The position numbers and the translations under genes are program-made. Positions 47,746-61,580 of a stretch of DNA of 64,000 nucleotides are shown here, piece after piece. The DNA is from Eledone cirrhosa (lineage: Eukaryota), in the NCBI GenBank assembly GCA_964016885.1, contig OZ024741.1, positions 168,082,001 through 168,146,000 on the forward strand, in the 5' to 3' direction. How positions within the stretch are numbered: position 1 is the stretch's first letter; each line of letters opens with the position of its first letter. The notes beneath the pieces were generated by a model, which did not search any database, was not told the origin of the DNA, and was given only the letters and a program-made list of their open reading frames with translations.

Positions 47746-47890
47746 ATATATATATATATACATATATATATACATATACATATATATATATACACATATA
47801 TATATACACACATATATATATATATATACATATACACATATATATATTCACATATATATATATATACATATTCACATATATATATATATG

Positions 47891-47946
<56 letters not shown>

Positions 47947-47987
47947 TATATACACACACATATATATATATATATATACATATACAC

Positions 47988-48018
<31 letters not shown>

Positions 48019-48019
48019 A

Positions 48020-48504
<485 letters not shown>

Positions 48505-48522
48505 TATATATATATATACACA

Positions 48523-48729
48523 TAGGAACCAGTAAGACCCCGACAGCTGAGCTCAAGCCGTTTCGACGGCTAATTCTGGACTAATTCTGAGGCCAGAATT
48601 AGCCGTCGAAACGGCTTGAGCTCAGCTGTCGGGGTCTTACAGGTTCCTATTACCCACTCTACTACCTCAAGTATTGAGTACTTTGGTGCGTTATGGTCCA
48701 CCTGGTTCCTTACCACATTTCCTTCGTTA
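48523..48729 (+). mobile_element. Hairpin element in (TA)n; duplicate at 50477-50683
   Basis: Same family as 39312-39505. Confidence 0.75.
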
Positions 48730-48738
48730 TATATACAC

Positions 48739-48889
<151 letters not shown>

Positions 48890-48958
48890 TATATATACAT
48901 ATGTATATATATATATAAATATATACATATACACATATAACTATAAACATATATATAC

Positions 48959-48989
<31 letters not shown>

Positions 48990-49126
48990 CACATAAATAT
49001 ATATATATATATACATATACACATATATATATACACATAAATATATATATATACATATACACATATATATATACACATATATATATATATATACATATAC
49101 ATATACACATATATATATATACAGAC

Positions 49127-49157
<31 letters not shown>

Positions 49158-49194
49158 CACATATATATATATACACATATATATACATATACAC

Positions 49195-49229
<35 letters not shown>

Positions 49230-49340
49230 CATATACACATATATATATACACACATATACACATATATATATACACACACATATATATATATATACACAT
49301 AAATATATATATATACATATACACATATATATATATACAC

Positions 49341-49371
<31 letters not shown>

Positions 49372-49883
49372 CACATATATATTTATACAGACATATATAT
49401 ATATATATATATACATATACACATATATATATATACACATATATATACATATACACATATATATATACACATATATATATATATATACATATACACATAT
49501 ATATATACATATTTATATATATACACATATATACATATACACATATATATATACACATATATATATATATATATATACATATACACATATATATACACAT
49601 ATATATACATATACACATATATATATACACATATATATATATACATATACACATATATATATACACCTATATATACATATATATATATACACATATATAT
49701 ATACACCTATATATACATATATATATATACACATATATATATATATATACATATACACATATATATATACATATACATATATATATATACACATATATAT
49801 ATACACACATATATATATATACATATACACATATATATATTCACATATATATATATATACATATTCACATATATATATATATG

Positions 49884-49931
<48 letters not shown>

Positions 49932-49972
49932 TATATACACACACATATATATATATATATATACATATACAC

Positions 49973-50005
<33 letters not shown>

Positions 50006-50384
50006 AATAATTCCGACCATAACTATCAACGCATCTCTCCAAAAGTAACCAGTATAATAAAACCCCTACCATAACATTTTGATTAAGATATCTACAAACC
50101 ACTCTCTCCTACTTCTCCAACCCATGCATATCTTTCTCTCTCTCTCCCTCTCCCCTACTTTTCTCTCTTTCTTTTCTACTCTATCTTCCCCACTTAAGGG
50201 TATTTACATTGTACATTTTACCATTCTGCTCTGAGGATACAGTGGTCACAGCATTGGATATTTGAGTTCTGCAAATATTTGTAAATTTGCACATAGCATA
50301 ACTAGGGAGTAGTACCACCGTGGCAACATTTGTAAGCACACGGAATAAACTACCTTTTATGATGTCTACCTGTTATTATTCATT

Positions 50385-50455
<71 letters not shown>

Positions 50456-50713
50456 TATATATATATATATATACACATAGGAACCAGTAAGACCCCGACA
50501 GCTGAGCTCAAGCCGTTTCGACGGCTAATTCTGGACTAATTCTGAGTCCAGAATTAGCCGTCGAAACGGCTTGAGCTCAGCTGTCGGGGTCTTACAGGTT
50601 CCTATTACCCACTCTACTACCTCAAGTATTGAGTACTTTGGTGCGTTATGGTCCACCTGGTTCCTTACCACATTTCCTTCGTTATATATACACATATATA
50701 TATATATATATAT

Positions 50714-51343
<630 letters not shown>

Positions 51344-51374
51344 ATATATATATATATATATATACACAAATATA

Positions 51375-51424
<50 letters not shown>

Positions 51425-51507
51425 TATATATATATATACATATATATATACACATATATATATATATACACATATATATATATATACACATATATATATA
51501 TATACAC

Positions 51508-51642
<135 letters not shown>

Positions 51643-51691
51643 CACACACATATATATATATATATAAATATATATAGTAATAATAATAATA

Positions 51692-51726
<35 letters not shown>

Positions 51727-51855
51727 AAGTTATATTTAAAATTGTTGGGTTACAACTAGTAAATATTTATAACTGATATAAAAGCACTCGACAAATATTT
51801 GGAGTATATTTACAATATTAAATAAATGGAAAACTATATTTATAAAACCATATTT

Positions 51856-51919
51856 ATTTCATTATATATATTTCGGGGATATCATATTAACAATATGCTA
51901 TGCCTTCATCAGACAAAAT
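51856..51919 (-). ncRNA. Type I hammerhead ribozyme in the 3' pseudo-LTR
   Basis: Reverse complement of 55451-55514. Confidence 0.75.
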
Positions 51920-52280
51920 ACAATATAAACAGTTTTATAGATAAATATATTCGACATACCGTAATAAACATCAACTTCATTTGAAGAGGTTTACGCTAGC
52001 AGTGAAAATACAGAGAGAAAGAAAGAGAGAGAGAAAAGAGGGAAATAAGAAAGAAAGAAAAACAAAACGAAGAAAAGGAAGAAAAAGAAGAAAAAGAAAA
52101 AGACGAAATGCATGGGACAAAATAGAGAGATGGAAAAATAGATAAAGCGAAGAGCTTCATGCAAAGAGACAGCAAGAGATATATATATATAGAGAGAGAG
52201 GAAATAGAGATAGATACATATATATATATAGAAAATTAGGTAGTGGGAGGTCATTTTGAGTAAGTGTATCAATGATGCAT

Positions 52281-52323
<43 letters not shown>

Positions 52324-52969
52324 GCTGAAGTATTAATGTAAGGGAGATATATAGAGAGATATAGAGAGATATAGAGAGAGAAAAAATTTAAAAATAGCCA
52401 GACATATTCGAGGCGTAGAAAACCCTATGTTTTAATGTATTAGTATTTATAAAACTTACACTATATTGTAAATATCAGTATTCCTGAATGAAACAAGTAT
52501 TCACAATGTGTGAAAATTCATTATCTTATGTTTAGTTTTAAAAAATTCATATGTCTATGTGACAGCTACAAACATCAATGTGAATCCAACTGATTCACTC
52601 CGCAAATTCTAAGTTACCGGAAAACATTCTCAATGTGGTATAAAAATTTGAGCGTATTATTATTCTTGCGATTACTCTACAAGATTATCTATCAAGCAGA
52701 AATAGAGAGCAGATTTCAATATACTAATCGAAAATATATATTATATTATAAACAAAGATAAAAATAATGATAATAAGTAAAAATATATAAAAATATAGAA
52801 TAGAAAACTAAAAAAATATTACGAAAGAATATTACATAATAAAAATATTGCATATTAAAAATACTACGTATTAAAAATATTACGTATTAAAAATTTACAT
52901 ATAAAAATATTAAAAATAAAAATAAAATAAAAAATAAAAAATATTATAGAATACTACAATACTAAAAGA

Positions 52970-53015
<46 letters not shown>

Positions 53016-53468
53016 AAAATAAAAATAAAAATGAAAATAAAAATAAACCACAAAGAACAACCCTTCAAAGTTAATTGACAATATATTGCCAAGTTCATTA
53101 CAAGACAAAGCCAAAAATTATCTATCAAATCACATCTAGCAAGGAATATCGCAAAAAAAGATTATGATGTCCAATAATGTCTACATATGTTCCTATATTT
53201 AATATATAAGTTTATCTAGTGTAAGGTTAATTCAAAAAATTTGGAGCATCGGCTTTTAGGGTAGCTTAATTTTTCATGAGGAATGTTTAGATAAAAATAA
53301 AAATAAAAATAAAAATAAAAATAAAAATAAAAATAAAAATAAAAATAAAAATAAAAAATAAATAAAATAAAATAAACAATAAAAAGAGTAAAAAGAGGGA
53401 ATCAAAGATTTAGGAATCAAAAGATTTATCGGCTAGTTCTCATATAAATATAAATCAAACTAAATATA

Positions 53469-55191
53469 CTACATTTTAAATTTAAATTTATATTTAAACG
53501 TTGAGTTTAATCTATGTTTGCAACAACTGAATAAATTTGTCCGTAGGTTAAGGGAATTTTTAGATTTTAGTATAAAGAATATCTCCTCTGCGCAGAGGTC
53601 ACATGTCTCAGAGGATGAATTAAAAGGAATCCCTCTTGAGACTATATTCCAAGCCGTCGAATATCTAACGTTATCTAGCTTAAGTTGCCAGAGTACCCCT
53701 GATAGTGCCGTTGAAGATTTTTTATTTGGATCTGTGAAAGAATTCTTGTGGTTATTATAGCGAAGTTTAAATTCCGTCGATGTGGAACCGACGTAGTTAA
53801 AAGAATTAGAGTCAGTATTAACATTACAATTGTATACTATATTTTTAACTAAGCAGTTGTTATTTAACGGACATTTAGATCTATCTCTACAGTTACATTT
53901 GTTAACTTGTATATTATTTATGCTATTATCAGTAGGTTTTAAGTTCCTATTATTTATTCTATTAATATTTTGTGCTAAATTTTTGGTGGATGAGTAGGTT
54001 AATTTAATTGTATGCCTATTGAAGATTGAGTGGTACCTATGTGTTCTAGGGAAGCGATTATCAAGAGCTTTGAAAAATAATTTAGCGATGTGGGTTTTAA
54101 TGTTTAGTGAGAAAGGGGGGGGCAAACCAAATTATGTTCCTAGTTCTATTTCTTTTTTGTCCTTTGGAATTATTGTAATGCTTTCTATTATAGTTGTTAA
54201 TGTTGTTGCCGTAATTAAAAAAGTTGTTACTTTGTTTAGTTTGTTTATCATTATCTATGTACACAATCTTATCAGCATACCCTGCCCTAGCTAGTGCATC
54301 ATTATAGTATTGGGCCTTTTCGTCAAAAATCTTTCTATTCGACGAGATCCTAGAGATACGTTTTTGGACTGAGTTTACTATAGTGTTTTTGACAGATCTG
54401 GGGTGGTTAGAGTTAAAGTTGACATAGTTTAAGTTTTCATTCAACTTGTGAAAAGGATAGTGGAGACATGTGTTGAGATTTAATGTTATATCTAGGAAAT
54501 TGACTATTCTATGGTTGTTCTCAATTTCTATTTTAAGGTTAAAGTAATTAAAAAAATTTGTAATTTGTTTACATTTTCTATTTAGTTCAGGGTTATTATT
54601 ATTAATAAGTAAAAGCATGTCATCCCTATATAAACCTCCGGTAGTACCAGGTATTTTCCTATGTAGCGAATTGATTAAAAATAAGCCCACAAGGTCAGTT
54701 ACCTGAGCTGAGTCGGAAGATCCCATAGTTATGTCAAAATTGCTATCTCTATCTGCTCTGGTCCATAATTTGTCATCAAATTCTATCAAAGTTTTCCTAG
54801 CCGATAATATAATATGCATTTCTTTGCTAGTTAGGTCCGTATGTTTGAATGCGTAATTTAGTGCCTTATTTAGTAGACTAGGGGTAATAGAAGAATAATA
54901 GTTATCTATATCAAGTTGAATAAACCTATTATTATTGTCATATTTAATTTGCCTAAACCACTCAACAACCTCTCCAGTTCCCTTCCACAAGCTCAGGTTA
55001 GATACACAATCCAAGATCTTAATTTGCAGTATCACCCTGTCAAGAATGTTTTTGCTTAATTTGCCCAGGTCCGATTTTGAAGGTGCGATCAATCTAACTG
55101 GCAGGTCATTTTCAAAATTCCTCTTGTGGTCCTTCATATTGATCTTCGGTTTCCTGGGCACGAAAGGTTGTGTTCTGTTCTCGATTTCCAA
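53469..55191 (-). pseudogene. PLE RT + GIY-YIG endonuclease with a single frameshift in a homopolymer run
   Basis: FIQLDIDNYYSSI, FDITMGSSDSAQV, GGLYRDD, VNFLDI, SNHP, CNCRDRSKCPLNNNC, IVYNC...YVGST. Confidence 0.92.
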
Positions 55192-55450
55192 CTCTTGCTG
55201 TCTCTTTGCATGAAGCTCTTCGCTTTATCTATTTTTCCATCTCTCTATTTTGTCCCATGCATTTCGTCTTTTTCTTTTTCTTCTTTTTCTTCCTTTTCTT
55301 CGTTTTGTCTTTCTTTCTTTCTTATTTCCCTCTTTTCTCTCTCTCTTTCTTTCTCTCTGTATTTTCACTGCTAGCGTAAACCTCTTCAAATGAAGTTGAT
55401 GTTTATTACGGTATGTCGAATATATTTATCTATAAAACTGTTTATATTGT

Positions 55451-55514
55451 ATTTTGTCTGATGAAGGCATAGCATATTGTTAATATGATATCCCCGAAAT
55501 ATATATAATGAAAT
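55451..55514 (+). ncRNA. Type I hammerhead ribozyme in the inverted pseudo-LTR
   Basis: ATTTTGT-CTGATGA-[CATATT/AATATG stem II]-GAAA-TATATA-TA-ATGAAAT. Confidence 0.75.
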
Positions 55515-55553
55515 AAATATGGTTTTATAAATATAGTTTTCCATTTATTTAAT

Positions 55554-55636
<83 letters not shown>

Positions 55637-55650
55637 GTATATATACACAA

Positions 55651-55683
<33 letters not shown>

Positions 55684-55706
55684 TATATATATATGTATAT
55701 ATACAC

Positions 55707-55857
<151 letters not shown>

Positions 55858-55885
55858 CATTATATATATATATATATACATATAT

Positions 55886-55926
<41 letters not shown>

Positions 55927-56221
55927 TATATATACACCTGTATATGTATATACACATATATACACACATATATATATATACACGCATATATATATACACA
56001 CGTATATATATACATATATACACATATATATATACATATATATACATATATACACATATATATATACATATACATATACATATATACACATATATATATA
56101 CATATATATATATATATACATATATACACATATAAATATATATATACATATATACACATATATATATACATATATATATATATTCATATATATATATATA
56201 CATATACATATATATATATAC

Positions 56222-56267
<46 letters not shown>

Positions 56268-56302
56268 ATATACATATACATATATATATATATACATATA
56301 CA

Positions 56303-56352
<50 letters not shown>

Positions 56353-56440
56353 CATATACATATATATACATACACATATATATATACACATATATATATA
56401 TATATACATATACATATACATATATATATACACATATACA

Positions 56441-56476
<36 letters not shown>

Positions 56477-56708
56477 CACATATACATATATATATATATA
56501 CACATGTACATATATAATATATATATACACATATACATATATATATATACACATGTACATATATATATATACACATGTACATATATATATATACACATAT
56601 ATATATATACATATATATACACATGTACATATATATATATACACATATATATATATACATATATACATATACACATATATTTATACATATATATATATAA
56701 ACATTTAC

Positions 56709-56835
<127 letters not shown>

Positions 56836-57084
56836 CATATATATATATAGATATATATATATATATATATAGATATATATACTTATATATATACATATAT
56901 ATACATATATATATATATACATATATATACATATATATACATATACATATATATACATATATACATATATATACATATATATATACATATATATACATAC
57001 ATATACATATATATACATATATATATATACATATATATACATACATATATATATACATATATATATATACATATATATACATAC

Positions 57085-57115
<31 letters not shown>

Positions 57116-57164
57116 CATACATATATATATATATATACATACATATATATATATACATACATAT

Positions 57165-57774
57165 ATGGTGGCTGCCAACTCGTTTTCGAGTACGGCCACT
57201 ACTTTATATCCATGTAGGAGAACCCCTACCGATGCGCTGAACGAGTGTGACTTTTTAGTCCAGCCAGCGACTTGAAAACTCTGGCACAAACACTACACTT
57301 GTGACAATTATCGACACATAGTGCTTTGCCCTTGGTACCATGTGACGACAAGTGCAGAGAGATCTCCAGATATAAAGCAATGCCTGTGCCGTGAAGCTTT
57401 TATAGTGAGCAAAGGCACTGCACAAAGCCAGTCCCACTCTCTTAACCAAGATGATATTTAACAAAAAGAAGAACAAGTCAACATCATTGGATACCATCAG
57501 GGTTGCAGGTGTTATATCAGAGTTTTTCTTCTCCTAGAATTCTGCCTTGACAAAGGCTAAGGGGTCATCTCTCCCAGTGATTTTGGATGGCCATTGACTC
57601 TTAAGAGCTCCTTTGCCCTTTGACAGGTTTTGTTTTTAGTCCTGCAGGATGTCCAAAGTCACCCTCCTCACCAAGAAACCTTAGTGGGGTTGCCAGTTTA
57701 GTCGCCAACGACCCGACCATGAGACAGGTTGTACTGGGATACATGATACCAGTAGCACCAAGTGGTGACCTGAC

Positions 57775-57775
<1 letters not shown>
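57165..57775 (-). mobile_element. ~610-bp bipartite non-autonomous RTE-derived element
   Basis: 5' part matches 38340-38762; 3' part matches 39018-39220. Confidence 0.7.
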
Positions 57776-57819
<44 letters not shown>

Positions 57820-57878
57820 CATACATATATATATATATATACATACATATATATATATATACATACATATATATATAT

Positions 57879-57949
<71 letters not shown>

Positions 57950-57962
57950 CATATATATATAT

Positions 57963-57993
<31 letters not shown>

Positions 57994-58009
57994 CATACAT
58001 ATATATATA

Positions 58010-58049
<40 letters not shown>

Positions 58050-58070
58050 CATACATATATATATATATAC

Positions 58071-58110
<40 letters not shown>

Positions 58111-58132
58111 ATATACATACATATATATATAT

Positions 58133-58183
<51 letters not shown>

Positions 58184-58184
58184 C

Positions 58185-58217
<33 letters not shown>

Positions 58218-58234
58218 CATACATATATATATAT

Positions 58235-58281
<47 letters not shown>

Positions 58282-58282
58282 C

Positions 58283-58345
<63 letters not shown>

Positions 58346-58356
58346 CATATATATAT

Positions 58357-58421
<65 letters not shown>

Positions 58422-58438
58422 CATATATATATATATAT

Positions 58439-58499
<61 letters not shown>

Positions 58500-58501
58500 C
58501 A

Positions 58502-58536
<35 letters not shown>

Positions 58537-58558
58537 TTACATATATATATATATTTAC

Positions 58559-58627
<69 letters not shown>

Positions 58628-58656
58628 CATATATATATATACATATATATATATAC

Positions 58657-58703
<47 letters not shown>

Positions 58704-58707
58704 CATA

Positions 58708-58752
<45 letters not shown>

Positions 58753-58840
58753 CATATATATATATACATATATATATATACATATATATATATACATATA
58801 TATATATACATATATATATATACATATATATATATACTTA

Positions 58841-58876
<36 letters not shown>

Positions 58877-58877
58877 G

Positions 58878-58953
<76 letters not shown>

Positions 58954-59050
58954 GAATGAAGTAAATCTGTCGGAAAGGTCCAGGAAAAAACAGTACTCTA
59001 TGTAGGTTACAGAGCTTAATAGTTATGTAATAAACAACATAAGGCAATTA

Positions 59051-59111
59051 TTCCATTTACCAGTGGTTTCTGGAAAGCAAACAAATTTTGCTTTCAATCA
59101 TCAGAACGAAA
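59051..59111 (-). ncRNA. Type I hammerhead ribozyme
   Basis: TTTCGTT-CTGATGA-[GAAAGCAAA/TTTGCTTTC]-GAAA-CC ACT GG-TA-AATGGAA. Confidence 0.78.
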
Positions 59112-59294
59112 AAATCCTGGTGTATTTATTGACATTGGATTTTAAAAACAAATATATAATCTATATGAAAGTGAGGCTGGAAAAGGAAGAAGGAAAGGAA
59201 AAATAAACACACATGCACACACACACACACACACACAATTACATACACTCACACATATACATACACATAAATATATATACATACATATACACAC

Positions 59295-59342
<48 letters not shown>

Positions 59343-59349
<7 letters not shown>

Positions 59350-60056
59350 AAGTGAGTCCTCATCAGTGACCCTCCAACCGTCCTCGGCATTTCATCGCTT
59401 TAAGGGCCATATGCCTCAGGTTGGTTTGAACAACGGCTAAAAAAAGTCGTTGGGACACGTAAATAAAGGGGGACATTAGAGTAACAACAAAAGCGTTATA
59501 GCAACGGAAAGTGAGTAGAAATAGACAAGTCCCAGATCTCTATGAATATAAACTCTGTGAAATCGTGAACAAGAGACGAAAGACCATCGAACCTGGTAGA
59601 AATGTGAGCAAGGAAAGAATTTCGCCCAAGTTCGACAGGGGGGAAAAAGAGAGAGAGAGAGAGAACGAAAACTGGTCTACGAATTCGGTAAACGCAAGTT
59701 TTGTGAAGTCGCAGACGAAAGAGAGAGGGAAAAAAAATTATTACCAGCTCGGTCAAGACTGCGCGAGAAAAGAATTACACACAGGTCAAACTTGAAGGAG
59801 GAGGAGAGGTAGTGACAGAGAATGAGTGAGTGAAAGTTGAGGAGAGAGTAACAGAGAGGAGACTGCTAAAAGTGGTAGAGATACAAGGAACGAAACAGAC
59901 AGGCAGCATGGAGAGTATATGTGTAAATATGGTGATAATGGAGCTGCGGCGTTGCAAATGGGATACATATGAAAAAGTGAGTCCTCATCAGTGACCCTCC
60001 AACCGTCCTCGGCATTTCATCGCTTTAAGGGCCATATGCCTCAGGTTGGTGCGAAC
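59343..60056 (-). mobile_element. Non-coding element bounded by ~85-bp direct repeats (59342-59425, 59967-60050) in (TA)n
   Basis: Identical terminal repeats; partial-tandem pseudo-LTR-like organisation. Confidence 0.7.
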
Positions 60057-60177
60057 AATATATATATATATATATATACATACATACACATACAGTTACA
60101 AATAGACATACATACACACATATATCAACATATCCATACATACACATAAATACAAATACACAAACACACACACACAC

Positions 60178-60240
<63 letters not shown>

Positions 60241-60540
60241 TATGTACACGCACATACATATATGTATACAGACGTACAGTAGTATGTATATATATATATA
60301 CATACATGCACACATATATATATGTACGTATGGATTCACCGAACATTTATTATAATGCTCGGTGTGTTTGTAAACAAACATCCCGTATTAAGCCGTAGTG
60401 TCTAGCAACCATCGTTGCATCGTTTTCGGTGCGCCCAGCCGACTGATCTCACTCGATATGCAAATTAGGCTGCTCAGCCGTTAATACGCATAAGGAAAGT
60501 ATATACTTTCAGACATTCAACCATCTGGCAGGAAGGTATA

Positions 60541-60581
60541 TGATGCTGACGATAGCTAATAAGCTTGAAACTAGTACATCG
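60541..60581 (+). ncRNA. Minimal type I hammerhead, copy 1
   Basis: TGATG-CTGACGA-TAGCT AATA AGCTT-GAAA-CTAG-TA-CATCG. Confidence 0.85.
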
Positions 60582-61086
60582 TTCCTGTGTCAGTGTTGAA
60601 CAAAAAGGTGACGTGGTTGCCTAAACACTGTACGGCGTAATTCGGGCTGTTTGTTTACAAACAAACAAACCGAGCATTATAATAAATGTTCGGTAAACCG
60701 ATACGTGCATATATATATGTGTGCATGTATGTATATATATACATACTACTGTACGTCTGTATACATATATGTATGTACGTATACATACATACATATGAAA
60801 AAATGGGGAGAAGAATACTGCAGGTTGCACATGGATAACATGTAATAAAATAAGTCCCTCATCAGTGATTTGCCGACGATCATAGATATTTCATTGCATC
60901 TTACATTTAAGTAAGTGCCGTACTAAGAGTAAGAAATGAAATTTCGTTTCATTCTATTCCATTTATCGTTTTCGGTGCGCCCAGCCAACTGATCTCACTC
61001 GATATGCAAATTAGGCTGTTCAGCCGTTAATATGCATAAGGAAAGTATATACTTTCAGACGTTCAACCATCTGACAGGAAGGTATA

Positions 61087-61127
61087 TGATGCTGACGATA
61101 GCTAATAAGCTTGAAACTAGTACATCG
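61087..61127 (+). ncRNA. Minimal type I hammerhead, copy 2
   Basis: Identical to copy 1. Confidence 0.85.
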
Positions 61128-61530
61128 TTCCTGTGTCAGTGTTGAACAAAAAGGTGACGTGGTTGCCTAAACACTGTACGGCGTAATTCGGGCTGTTTGT
61201 TTGTTTACAAACAAACAAACCGAGCATTATAATAAATGTTCGATAAACCGATACGTGCATATATATATATGTGTGCATGTATGTATATATATACATACTA
61301 CTGTACGTCTGTATACATATATGTATGTACGTATACATACATACTTACATTTAAGTAAGTGCCGTACTAAGAGTGAGAAATTAAATTTCGTTTCATTCTA
61401 TTCCATTTATCGTTTTCGGTGCGCCCAGCCGACTGATCGCACTCGATATGATAATTAGGCTGCTCAGCTGTTAATATGCATAAGGAAATTATATACTTTC
61501 AGACATTCAACCATCTGGCAGGAAGGTATA

Positions 61531-61571
61531 CGATGCTGACGATAGCTAATAAGCTTGAAACTAGTACATCG
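61531..61571 (+). ncRNA. Minimal type I hammerhead, copy 3
   Basis: CGATG/CATCG perfect stem I; same core. Confidence 0.85.
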
Positions 61572-61580
61572 TTCCTGTGT

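Larger units (their letters stand above)
51725..55559 (-). mobile_element. Penelope-like element (Hydra-clade-like), 5'-truncated, with inverted pseudo-LTRs (51811-52178 / 55192-55559)
   Basis: RT ORF 54097-55191 and GIY-YIG ORF 53469-54125; 368-bp inverted arms; in (TA)n. Confidence 0.93.
60238..61580 (+). mobile_element. Tandem array (~2.8 units) of a ~445-bp repeat with one hammerhead per unit
   Basis: Hammerheads at 60541-60581, 61087-61127, 61531-61571. Confidence 0.88.

Noticed and set aside
59355-59400. SECIS element (ATGAA...TGAT)
   Set aside because: No proper helix between the putative quartet halves and no associated in-frame TGA ORF
60238-61580. CRISPR-like regular repeats
   Set aside because: Whole units repeat, with no unique spacers and no cas genes; eukaryotic context
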